Assembly (NCBI GenBank): GCA_049599895.1
Contig: JBMYPC010000025.1
Coordinates: 1-28,649, forward strand
Origin: Bacteriovoracaceae bacterium
Lineage (GTDB): Bacteria; Bdellovibrionota; Bacteriovoracia; Bacteriovoracales; Bacteriovoracaceae
DNA length: 28,649 bases
Direction of reading: 5' to 3'
Shown in pieces: positions 15,384 through 23,446 of this stretch. The first letter of the stretch is position 1, and each line of letters starts with the position of its first letter. The notes beneath the pieces were generated by a model that saw only the letters and a program-made list of their open reading frames with translations, had not been told where the DNA came from and searched no databases. The position numbers and the translations under genes are program-made.

Positions 15384-17582
15384 ATGAACACATCGGGACT
15401 TAGAACACAGGCCAAGGCCAAAGCGACTTCACGGAAAGAGAGAAAAGTCGAACTTCCAATGGATAGCACTGGAAAAAGATTAAATGTTAGCCATTATTTT
15501 GGAATGAATGTTTTTAACGTTTTAGAAGCAGAAGAAATTCCAGAGAAAATTAAAGAAGAAATTCGCGAAGTTGTAACCAATAAAGCGAAAAACCTAAGCG
15601 AAGAGAGTGCTAAGGTTGTTGCAAAAACTGTTATGGATTGGGCCCTCTCTCGAGGTGTGACTCACTTTTGTCACTGGTTTCAACCACTCACAGGTGCCAC
15701 AGCTGAAAAGCACGATGCTTTTTTAGATATTGATTTTGGTACAGGTAAACCAATTGAGAAATTCTCTTCATCAATGCTTCTTCAAGGTGAGCCTGATGCT
15801 TCATCTTTTCCTCATGGTGGAAGTCGTTCAACTTTTGAGGCCAGAGGCTATACAAGCTGGGATTTCACTTCTCCTCTTTTTATTATTGAAAGTGCGAACT
15901 CAAGTACGCTTTGTATCCCAACTGCATTCGTAAGTTATAATGGTGATGCTCTTGATGTTAAAGCGCCACTTCTCAGAAGTATCTCTGCTCTTAACAGAGA
16001 AGCGACGAAGTTTCTTAACACTATCGGTGAAAAAGATGTCACTGAAGTCACAGCAACTTGTGGATGTGAGCAAGAATATTTTCTTATTGATAAAGCTCTT
16101 TTTAACGCAAGACCTGACCTTGTGATGACGGGAAGAACTTTACTTGGATCACTTTCAGCGAAAAACCAACAATTAAGTGACCATTATTTTGGAACGATTA
16201 ACGATAGAGTTGTGGCCTTTATGGGTGAGCTGGATCACGAGCTTTATAAACTTGGAATCCCTGCAAAGACTCGTCACAATGAAGTTGCTCCTGGACAGTT
16301 TGAAATTGCTCCGGTTTTTTCTGAGTCAAATGTTGCGGCTGATCAAAACCAAATTCTTATGGCAACGATTACTCGAGTTGCTGAAAAGCATAACTTTAAA
16401 GCCGCTCTTCATGAAAAACCATTTGCTGAAATTAACGGAAGTGGAAAGCACCTCAACTGGTCAATGGCGACAAATACAGGAATCAATCTTCTTGAGCCAG
16501 GAAATGAGCCAGAAAGTAATGTTCGCTTTCTAACTGTTGTTTCAACAATCGTAGCAGCTGTTCACAGACATGCTGAAATGTTAAGAATGGCCATCGCATC
16601 AGCAAGTAATGATCATCGTCTTGGGGCAAACGAAGCTCCTCCAAGTATCATTTCTGTTTTTCTAGGTGATACTCTTGGAAGAATTTTTGAAGCCATTCAT
16701 AAAGATGAAACATTTACTCCAACTCGTGAACATCTTCTTGAGATGGGAACAGAGCAACTTGCTCACCTTCAAAAAGACAATACTGATCGTAACAGAACTT
16801 CTCCATTTGCCTTTACTGGAAATAAGTTTGAGTTTCGTGCGGTAGGTTCATCAAGAGCTGTGGGATATCCTCTGACATTCCTTAATACTGCTGTTGCCGC
16901 AACATTTGCTGAAGCCACAAGCTTTATTGAGTCTGAGGTAGCTGCAGGTAAGTCAATTGAAGGAGCTCAGACGACACTGACAAAAAAGTGGATGACTGAA
17001 GCTTATCAAGTGATTTTCAATGGTGATGGTTATAGTGACGAATGGGTAAAAGAAGCTGAGAGTAGAGGGCTTTCGAATCTTAGAACAACTGCAGATGCTC
17101 TTCCTGTTCTTAGAGATGAAGAAAAGATTAAGTTCTTAATTGATATGGATGTTTTAAAACGTCCAGAGCTTGAGACTCGCCACAATGTTCTTACTGAACA
17201 GTATAATCTCTTAAGAGAGATTGAATTTAGAACTCAAATTCAACTCGTGAACCAACATGTGATTCCATCTGTGATTGGTTACAAAAGAGAGCTCGCTAAA
17301 CTTATCGATGAACAAGAAGACATTAAAATCCCTTGTTCTGTTGAAAGAGAACTTTTAAAGAGAATTAATTTTGCTCTTGAGTCTCTCTATTCTTCGACAG
17401 AGCAACTTAAAGAAGGTCTGAACTCTCTTGGAAGTAATGACACGGCAGATGCGAAGACGATTGCTGGCACATTATTTCCACTTTCAGAAAAAGTTGCTGA
17501 GAGCGCGAGTGCCTTAGAGGACATTGTCCCTGATTCTTCATGGACTCTTCCGACTTATTTTGACATGCTCTTTTTAAGATAA
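15384..17582 (+). CDS. glnN: Glutamine synthetase type III
   Basis: 732 aa; THFCHWFQPLTGATAEKHDAF, QGEPDASSFPHGG.RSTFEARGYTSWD, KTRHNEVAPGQFE, HEKPFAEINGSGKHLNWS, DHRLGANEAPP, DRNRTSPFAFTGNKFEFRAVG; AAGGAGG RBS. Confidence 0.97.
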   Translation: MNTSGLRTQAKAKATSRKERKVELPMDSTGKRLNVSHYFGMNVFNVLEAEEIPEKIKEEIREVVTNKAKNLSEESAKVVAKTVMDWALSRGVTHFCHWFQPLTGATAEKHDAFLDIDFGTGKPIEKFSSSMLLQGEPDASSFPHGGSRSTFEARGYTSWDFTSPLFIIESANSSTLCIPTAFVSYNGDALDVKAPLLRSISALNREATKFLNTIGEKDVTEVTATCGCEQEYFLIDKALFNARPDLVMTGRTLLGSLSAKNQQLSDHYFGTINDRVVAFMGELDHELYKLGIPAKTRHNEVAPGQFEIAPVFSESNVAADQNQILMATITRVAEKHNFKAALHEKPFAEINGSGKHLNWSMATNTGINLLEPGNEPESNVRFLTVVSTIVAAVHRHAEMLRMAIASASNDHRLGANEAPPSIISVFLGDTLGRIFEAIHKDETFTPTREHLLEMGTEQLAHLQKDNTDRNRTSPFAFTGNKFEFRAVGSSRAVGYPLTFLNTAVAATFAEATSFIESEVAAGKSIEGAQTTLTKKWMTEAYQVIFNGDGYSDEWVKEAESRGLSNLRTTADALPVLRDEEKIKFLIDMDVLKRPELETRHNVLTEQYNLLREIEFRTQIQLVNQHVIPSVIGYKRELAKLIDEQEDIKIPCSVERELLKRINFALESLYSSTEQLKEGLNSLGSNDTADAKTIAGTLFPLSEKVAESASALEDIVPDSSWTLPTYFDMLFLR

Positions 17583-17596
17583 TTTCTTGAAATTTC

Positions 17597-17628
17597 ATCC
17601 GGGGAGTTTCTCTAACTCCTCGGATTTT
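17597..17628 (+). terminator. Intrinsic terminator after glnN
   Basis: ATCCGGGGAGTT-TCTCT-AACTCCTCGGAT (12-bp stem, one G:U) followed by TTT, 14 nt after the stop. Confidence 0.8.
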
Positions 17629-17768
17629 AAAGCCTTTTGTAAACTGAATAGTTTCCTAACAGTCTCTGTAAATATCCCAACTGACCTCTTTTTTAGCGCC
17701 AATTTTGGCTAAGATAAAACCATTCACTATTTGAAAGACCAAAAAACCACAAATAAGGAGAGTTTTCC

Positions 17769-18971
17769 ATGAAGTATCCTGTACTTTTAATGTCTTTTGC
17801 TCTGATAAGCTGCTCAGTTAAGAAAAATATGGATGATATGCATAACCTGACTAAGAAGATGTCTGAGGATGTTGAAAAAACTGGTGCCACATCAGAAAAC
17901 ATCAATGGAATCACAAGCACAACTTATACGACACTAAGACAAGGTGATACGAAAAATTCTCGTGCTCACGATATGAAAGAACTTAATAGTGACAAAAGCT
18001 TTAAACTTAAGATCATCGATGCTGGTCATTACTATAAAGGTTTAGAATTTAACTTCTGGTCACCAAAAGACAATCCAAAAGATACGAAAGAAAACCGTGA
18101 GTATATGTTTCAAAGCTCAATCAAAGAAATGTTTACGATGGTTGGGGCGAATATTGAAGAATTGATGGCCAAAGCAATGTCAGCGACAGATGGACAGGCA
18201 AAGTTGTTTGGACTTGGTGAATACAGTCCTCTTGATGCTCTTTTTGATGGATTTGATTCTCAAAGAGCAACTCTATATGCACTTGCTCTTACTATGCATG
18301 TAACGAATGAACACCAAGAAATCAATGCACAAAAAAATGGTTACGAAATCGAGTCAATGAAATCTCTCATGGTAAGATCACTTGAAAATCTACAAAAGTA
18401 TAATGCTGGTCTTATTGGTGGGGATGAAGTGAAGCCACACCAAGAAATGCTTCTTGATAGTTATGACAAAGCTGCTAAGATTCTTTTAAAACTTAGAGGA
18501 GATGTCATGTTGACTTTTGCTCTTGATAAAGTTGTTCCTGGAATCATTAAATATGCTTCTCTTTACAACGAGGGACCTGAAGCTGAGGAAAAACAAGCAA
18601 TACTTGAAGCTGGACTTGATCACAACTTTGATAAGCTCAATGTCTTTGCGCAAAAGAAAGTTCTCTCATACCTCATGGCAGCAATTGAAGTCCAAAAGCT
18701 TACGAAGCTTACGGGAAAAGAGTATGGGCTAAGCCAAGAACTTCTCAAAATTGTCTCAAGCATTAAGCTCGACAGAGAAATGAGTTCAATGGGTGAAGGT
18801 GCTGGATCAGAAGCGAAGGCCAGAAACGAAGCTCAAAAAGCGAAGTTTAAAATTCTTATCAATATGCTTTCTGGAAGAGACCAAGCTCCTGCTGCTCCTC
18901 AAGTGGAAGAAATGATTGAAGCCGGAGCTGCTGATCTTGATGAAGACACTCTTTCTGGAGATGCTAGCTAA
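17769..18971 (+). CDS. Hypothetical, probably alpha-helical lipoprotein
   Basis: MKYPVLLMSFALIS-C lipobox, AAGGAG RBS, 400-aa ORF; no family recognised. Confidence 0.85.
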   Translation: MKYPVLLMSFALISCSVKKNMDDMHNLTKKMSEDVEKTGATSENINGITSTTYTTLRQGDTKNSRAHDMKELNSDKSFKLKIIDAGHYYKGLEFNFWSPKDNPKDTKENREYMFQSSIKEMFTMVGANIEELMAKAMSATDGQAKLFGLGEYSPLDALFDGFDSQRATLYALALTMHVTNEHQEINAQKNGYEIESMKSLMVRSLENLQKYNAGLIGGDEVKPHQEMLLDSYDKAAKILLKLRGDVMLTFALDKVVPGIIKYASLYNEGPEAEEKQAILEAGLDHNFDKLNVFAQKKVLSYLMAAIEVQKLTKLTGKEYGLSQELLKIVSSIKLDREMSSMGEGAGSEAKARNEAQKAKFKILINMLSGRDQAPAAPQVEEMIEAGAADLDEDTLSGDAS

Positions 18972-20227
18972 GAGTTTTGATTAACAAAAAGACCAATATT
19001 ACGTGGTGATAATAAAGGGTCAAAAAGTTCAAAGATAAGAACTTTTTGACCTTTTTCTTTTAGCCAAAAGCCTCGATCAAATAAAATATCAAGTTCAAGA
19101 AGTCTTCCGAGTTTCCATCTGATCATGTCTGCGCAGTAAATCTTTTCATAACTTTTTTGAGCAAGCTCACTTTGAAAGAACTTTGTCAGCAGCTCTTCTG
19201 TTGGGAGTTTTTCAAAGCCAACTTCTTTAAGTTTCTTGGTGGCATATTCAGAAAAACTGAGATTGTATTCCCGTGAATTTGAATCACCGACTGAGAGAAA
19301 TTCTTCAACTCCCAATTCTTGGCTTAGAAAAAGGTGTAAGAGGTAACGGTGATTTTTTACTTTTCTTTTATAAAGAAAATCATCAAAAGTGAGTTTTTGG
19401 TGTCCTCGCGTAGCCAGAGTGAGGGAGTATTTTGTGTGGTCAAAAGGAATCTTTTTTGAAAAATTTGAAAGCCCTGTTTGAGTTTCGGGATCAAGTTTAA
19501 GATAGCAACAACCAAAGTTAAGGGCCTCGGGGATATTGGTGTGAAGATGGTTTTTAAAGAAATCAATCGCGAGATCACCACAGGTATGAAGACCTACAAA
19601 AAGGTCTTTGTCTGAAAAGAACTTTTCAGTTTCAAATGAGTTTGAATGAAAATGATGATGACAGAAAGTAACGTTAGAATCTTTAACGTATTCTTTATCC
19701 GCTTCGATTCTCTTTTTTCCTTCATCTTGAAGTGTTTTATTGGCATCAACACTGGTGCAGACTGCCCCTTCATAATGAGAGAGAATTCTTGCAAGATGGC
19801 CAACTCCACCGCCAAGATCGAGGACTTTTAGATTTTTAAGATCACCATAATAGTCTTTGAGAAATTCTGTGAGTTGTGAGAGCTCATGGCGCTTCTTTTG
19901 TTTGACTCTTTGCCAGGCCTTACTGGGATAAGACTGTTGAGGAAAATTCGGACTATTACCAAGAACTTCAAGCTCTTTTGTGGTTTTTAAATAAGTTTTA
20001 AGGTCATTTGGAAGATTAAGAGACTCGATTTCTCCTGTTTCAAATTGCCACATCTCTCGATCAGAAAGACCACCTAGAACATCAGTCCAGTCTTGATTAA
20101 AGTCATCAAGGGAGTTTGGAAAATAATTAAGAACCTCTTGTTTCCAAATGCTTTGATGAGTTTTTAGATGCTCTCGAAGCTTTAAATACTGATCTTCGTA
20201 GTTTTCAATAGCGCTAAGAGACTTCAC
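18968..20227 (-). CDS. Class I SAM-dependent methyltransferase, METTL25/RRNAD1-like (Methyltransf_32 type)
   Basis: KKRHEL, VLDLGGGVGHLA (motif I), VGLHTCGDL, GCCY, ELDILFDR, LFDPLLSPRN; GTG start. Confidence 0.8.
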   Translation of the reverse strand: MKSLSAIENYEDQYLKLREHLKTHQSIWKQEVLNYFPNSLDDFNQDWTDVLGGLSDREMWQFETGEIESLNLPNDLKTYLKTTKELEVLGNSPNFPQQSYPSKAWQRVKQKKRHELSQLTEFLKDYYGDLKNLKVLDLGGGVGHLARILSHYEGAVCTSVDANKTLQDEGKKRIEADKEYVKDSNVTFCHHHFHSNSFETEKFFSDKDLFVGLHTCGDLAIDFFKNHLHTNIPEALNFGCCYLKLDPETQTGLSNFSKKIPFDHTKYSLTLATRGHQKLTFDDFLYKRKVKNHRYLLHLFLSQELGVEEFLSVGDSNSREYNLSFSEYATKKLKEVGFEKLPTEELLTKFFQSELAQKSYEKIYCADMIRWKLGRLLELDILFDRGFWLKEKGQKVLIFELFDPLLSPRNIGLFVNQNS

Positions 20228-20307
20228 TTCTTTTTTGACCTTTCACTATCTGTTTGTCATTTATAGGGTGTGTCGTTAGAGTAATGAATGGAGAATTTAA
20301 AGTCAAA

Positions 20308-21690
20308 ATGAACGTAATCAAGAGCACTCAATTCAACAGTTTTTCTGAAGTCTTCCAAAAAGAGACAGGCCCTAAAAATGTGACTGTTTTGGGGCTTGGT
20401 GTCACGGGGCGTTCTGTTGTTCATTTTTTAAAGACCTCTGCGCCAAATAATATACATTTGGCAATCATCAACTCAGGAGATCCTGGGACATGGTCCAAGG
20501 AGTTTCAAGAGCTTGAAAATATCGAATTTATTGCACAGGAATCTTTAGAGGTTAAAAAACTTCTTAAGAGAACAGACCTTTTAATCCGAAGTCCAGGGGT
20601 TGATCCAAGACTTGAAATACTCAATGACTATAATGGTGAAAAAATCAGTGAAATTGAACTTGGGTATCTCTATCTAAAGTCTTTTTGTGAAGAAAATAAA
20701 ATTCAGATGCCTTATCTTCATTGTGTGACCGGAACCAATGGTAAAACAACAACAGTCACTGTTATCAAAGGCCTTTATGATCAACTCAATATTTCGTGCT
20801 TTCTTGGGGGGAATATTGGAACTCCTTTATTAAGCCTTTTTAATGAATCTTTGGAGATCCCGAAGGTAATCGTTCTTGAGCTCTCAAGCTTTCAAACAGA
20901 AGTTTTAAATTCATTTCAATCAAATTTTTCCACGATCCTCAATATTACTGAAGGGCACGAAGAACGGTATACAAAGTTTGATGACTATCAATCGGCAAAA
21001 CTCAATCTTTTGGATGTTTCAAACTTAAATTTTGTTTTTTCTGAGATAGAAACAAACCAAAGTGTCGAGAGGTTTGATCTCGATAGTTTAAAAACTCAAT
21101 TTTCTTCATTATTAGAAAATAAATATCTTTCAAATCATGAAGTTCTCAATTTTGGTGTGGCCTTAAAGGCCATTCAATCTTATTTAGAAGGACAAGATGT
21201 TTTAGCCTTTAAAGACAAAATAAAATCTTATTTAGAGAACTTTAAGGGTGTGAAGTACCGACTTCAAAAAATCGAAAGCTCAAAATATGAGATCTTTAAT
21301 GATGCTAAAAGCACCAATGAAAAGTCTTCACTTGTGGCCCTCGAAAAGGGAAAGGCCTTAAAGTCCCGCTTAGAAAAACCTCTGGTTTTTATTCTCGGGG
21401 GAAAGCTTAGAGAGAAAAACATAAAGTTCAAGACTCTTTTTGAAGAATTAAGCTCTGTGGATCAGATTTATTTATTTGGCGAGTCTCGTTTTGCATGTGA
21501 GGATAAACTTGATTCAAGTCTTAATATCAAAGTACTCGAAACTCTAACGGATGTCCTTGAAGACTTTAAATCCCATTACTCTGAGGGAATTTTGATTTTT
21601 TCTCCAGGGTTTCCCTCATTTGATCAGTATCAAAATTATCTCAGAAGAGGAGAGGACTTTGAAACTCTCTCTAAAGAGCTTCTTTCTTAA
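20308..21690 (+). CDS. murD: UDP-N-acetylmuramoyl-L-alanine--D-glutamate ligase
   Basis: GLGVTG, IRSPGV, SEIEL, VTGTNGKTTT, GGNIGTP, LELSSFQ, NDAKSTN, SPGFPSFDQYQNYLRRG. Start uncertain (TTG 20254, ATG 20284, ATG 20308). Confidence 0.88.
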   Translation: MNVIKSTQFNSFSEVFQKETGPKNVTVLGLGVTGRSVVHFLKTSAPNNIHLAIINSGDPGTWSKEFQELENIEFIAQESLEVKKLLKRTDLLIRSPGVDPRLEILNDYNGEKISEIELGYLYLKSFCEENKIQMPYLHCVTGTNGKTTTVTVIKGLYDQLNISCFLGGNIGTPLLSLFNESLEIPKVIVLELSSFQTEVLNSFQSNFSTILNITEGHEERYTKFDDYQSAKLNLLDVSNLNFVFSEIETNQSVERFDLDSLKTQFSSLLENKYLSNHEVLNFGVALKAIQSYLEGQDVLAFKDKIKSYLENFKGVKYRLQKIESSKYEIFNDAKSTNEKSSLVALEKGKALKSRLEKPLVFILGGKLREKNIKFKTLFEELSSVDQIYLFGESRFACEDKLDSSLNIKVLETLTDVLEDFKSHYSEGILIFSPGFPSFDQYQNYLRRGEDFETLSKELLS

Positions 21691-22483
21691 ATGTGAATTT
21701 TCTCACAAATTGAATGAAAGATAAGAAAATGATCGCAAAGAGGAGAAGTCCTAATCCTTTATTTCTATTTGAAGGACCGTTTCCATCTACTAATGAAACT
21801 TGACCACAACCTCCGATGGGTTGCTCTTTGGGATAAAGGTAGGTCACCCCTTGGAGGTCATCCCAACCGAGTCGGTTTCGGTTTTCAATCGAAATGGCAT
21901 ACATCAGAGAGTCGGAAACTCCTGAATGGCCAAGACCAATGGCATGGCCAATTTCATGGGCAAGGATCGAGCGCTGCTCATCTCTTTGTTTATCGGCAAA
22001 AGCCGTTCCCGATCGATCATTGATAAGAACCAGGGCGCCAACGATAAATTCCCCTGAAGTATTATTAGGCAGACTTACCGCCATAACTCCATTGCTTGCA
22101 AAATTGTAATTTCCTGTTGTGGCGGCATTTTGGTTACAAGCAATAAGAATATCGCTATCAACTTTAAGATCATCATTAACTGTTGAACAGTCTGCAGTAT
22201 CGCAGATAAGTTGTGTTTTAAAGTTAGTCCCTTTATCGACAACAGCACCTTTTACAAGTGTCAGGCGGCTTGTGGGGGCGCGATTCCAGAATTGATCAAC
22301 GGCCTCTTCAGCAAGGTCTAAAAGTTCAGAAGTTGAAAGTCCAATATTATCGCATGAAGCGGAGTTGACATTGACTTTGACCTCATCATTCTCAAAGGCC
22401 GCTCCAACTGTATTGTTTAATGTGAAGGCATTTGCCATGAGAGGAATGAAAAACCCTAAAAATATAAATAAAGATTTGATCAT
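21671..22483 (-). CDS. Secreted matrixin-family (metzincin) metalloprotease with C-terminal membrane anchor
   Basis: Signal peptide MIKSLFIFLGFFIPLMANA from ATG 22483; HEIGHAIGLGH zinc motif, Met-turn SLMY, LGWDDLQGVTYLYP; tail GGCG...GLGLLLFAIIFLSFIQFVRKFTFKK. Confidence 0.88.
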   Translation of the reverse strand: MIKSLFIFLGFFIPLMANAFTLNNTVGAAFENDEVKVNVNSASCDNIGLSTSELLDLAEEAVDQFWNRAPTSRLTLVKGAVVDKGTNFKTQLICDTADCSTVNDDLKVDSDILIACNQNAATTGNYNFASNGVMAVSLPNNTSGEFIVGALVLINDRSGTAFADKQRDEQRSILAHEIGHAIGLGHSGVSDSLMYAISIENRNRLGWDDLQGVTYLYPKEQPIGGCGQVSLVDGNGPSNRNKGLGLLLFAIIFLSFIQFVRKFTFKKEAL

Positions 22484-22505
22484 ATTGAAACTCTTTTTAA
22501 ACAAA

Positions 22506-23228
22506 TTAAAACCAATCAACAGCAAAACCATAATTTACATTGAACACTGAGCTAATGGCCCTTTTATCGCTGTCTTCAAGGTTAAAAACGAAGTTTTCTA
22601 TTTTTACTGTTATGGGATGCGTTCTTTGGTTTACAGGTAAGGTCCATTCGATTCCCTGAGAGAGAATGACATTTCTTGCAGTTGATGTTCCATTGGGAAG
22701 AGGGAAGTCAGTGGTCTCTGTTCCATTGGCAAGAGTTTGAGTCCCTCCACTGGCAGAAAAGTAAGTGAAGAAAAAGCCACTGCCAATTCGAATTAAGACA
22801 TCATTTGAAACTTTAAAGCCAAGGTGGGCCAAAGTGAAATACTTTATAATAGTCATTCCTTCTCCATCGTGGGTGGACTTGGGAATCGTTATTCCAAATT
22901 CGGGAATGAAGGTGAATGATTTTCCAAAAGAAAAGGGAACTTCAGTATTGAGATAGACCTGAAGATCTAATGAGTTGGTCTCTCCAGAATCATCGACTTG
23001 GACTTTTCCCCAATACTCATTGAGAAAACCTAGGCCAACTCGAATAAACCTTGGGTCTTTTAAATTTGATTTTTTTGATCTTTTTTTTCTTCTTTTCTCT
23101 TTGAGTTTTTTTTCTTGAACCTTCGTTTCTTTTTCATAGAGCTCTTCTAAAGAAGGTTCTTCACATTTTACTTCCCCAGTGATGAGGACAAAGGCTGCAG
23201 TGCATATCAGAAAACAAAGTTTTTTCAT
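22506..23228 (-). CDS. Putative outer-membrane beta-barrel protein
   Basis: Signal peptide from ATG 23228 (MKKLCFLICTAAFVLITGEVKC), Lys-rich segment, alternating amphipathic strands (FTFIPEFGITIP, VLIRIGSGFFFTYF, ITVKIENFVFN) and C-terminal NVNYGFAVDWF. Confidence 0.65.
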   Translation of the reverse strand: MKKLCFLICTAAFVLITGEVKCEEPSLEELYEKETKVQEKKLKEKRRKKRSKKSNLKDPRFIRVGLGFLNEYWGKVQVDDSGETNSLDLQVYLNTEVPFSFGKSFTFIPEFGITIPKSTHDGEGMTIIKYFTLAHLGFKVSNDVLIRIGSGFFFTYFSASGGTQTLANGTETTDFPLPNGTSTARNVILSQGIEWTLPVNQRTHPITVKIENFVFNLEDSDKRAISSVFNVNYGFAVDWF

Positions 23229-23256
23229 GTTATTGATCCAAATTAGTCCCACATTG

Positions 23257-23280
23257 TGGCGAATCTTTTCCTATTCGCCA
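23257..23280. promoter_or_regulatory. Perfect 8-bp inverted repeat TGGCGAAT-N8-ATTCGCCA in the divergent barrel/serC intergenic region
   Basis: Directly visible; 28 nt upstream of the barrel ATG. Confidence 0.4.
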
Positions 23281-23446
23281 AATAAAAACTTCAAAGATTG
23301 CAACGCAACATTTTGTGTACATAATGCCCAATATTTAATGTCCAAATTGAGCAGATAAATCCCTTTCTAAGCAAGGGTTTAGAGGTTAAAATGGGGCGTA
23401 AAAAGTGACCTTTAACTTCTTTTATAACAAGATAAGGAAATACTAT

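Noticed and set aside
15031..15387. 118-aa ORF spanning the glnN leader and ending in an ATGA overlap with the glnN start
   Set aside because: K/H/C/S/L-rich with no Gly and few acidic residues, no well-spaced RBS, and it overlaps the better-supported 52-aa ORF and the putative promoter. Its length and ATGA overlap are curious, so Ribo-seq could revive it.
15730..16533. Run of same-strand alternative-frame ORFs within glnN
   Set aside because: Leu-rich shadow frames caused by codon bias of an intact gene.
23240..23290. GGCGAA...GAAA...GGGAC on the minus strand as a c-di-GMP-I riboswitch, or TGGCGAA as a ZTP riboswitch
   Set aside because: The required second stem and conserved elements (GCAAA after GGGAC; CGCCTGGGCA) are absent.
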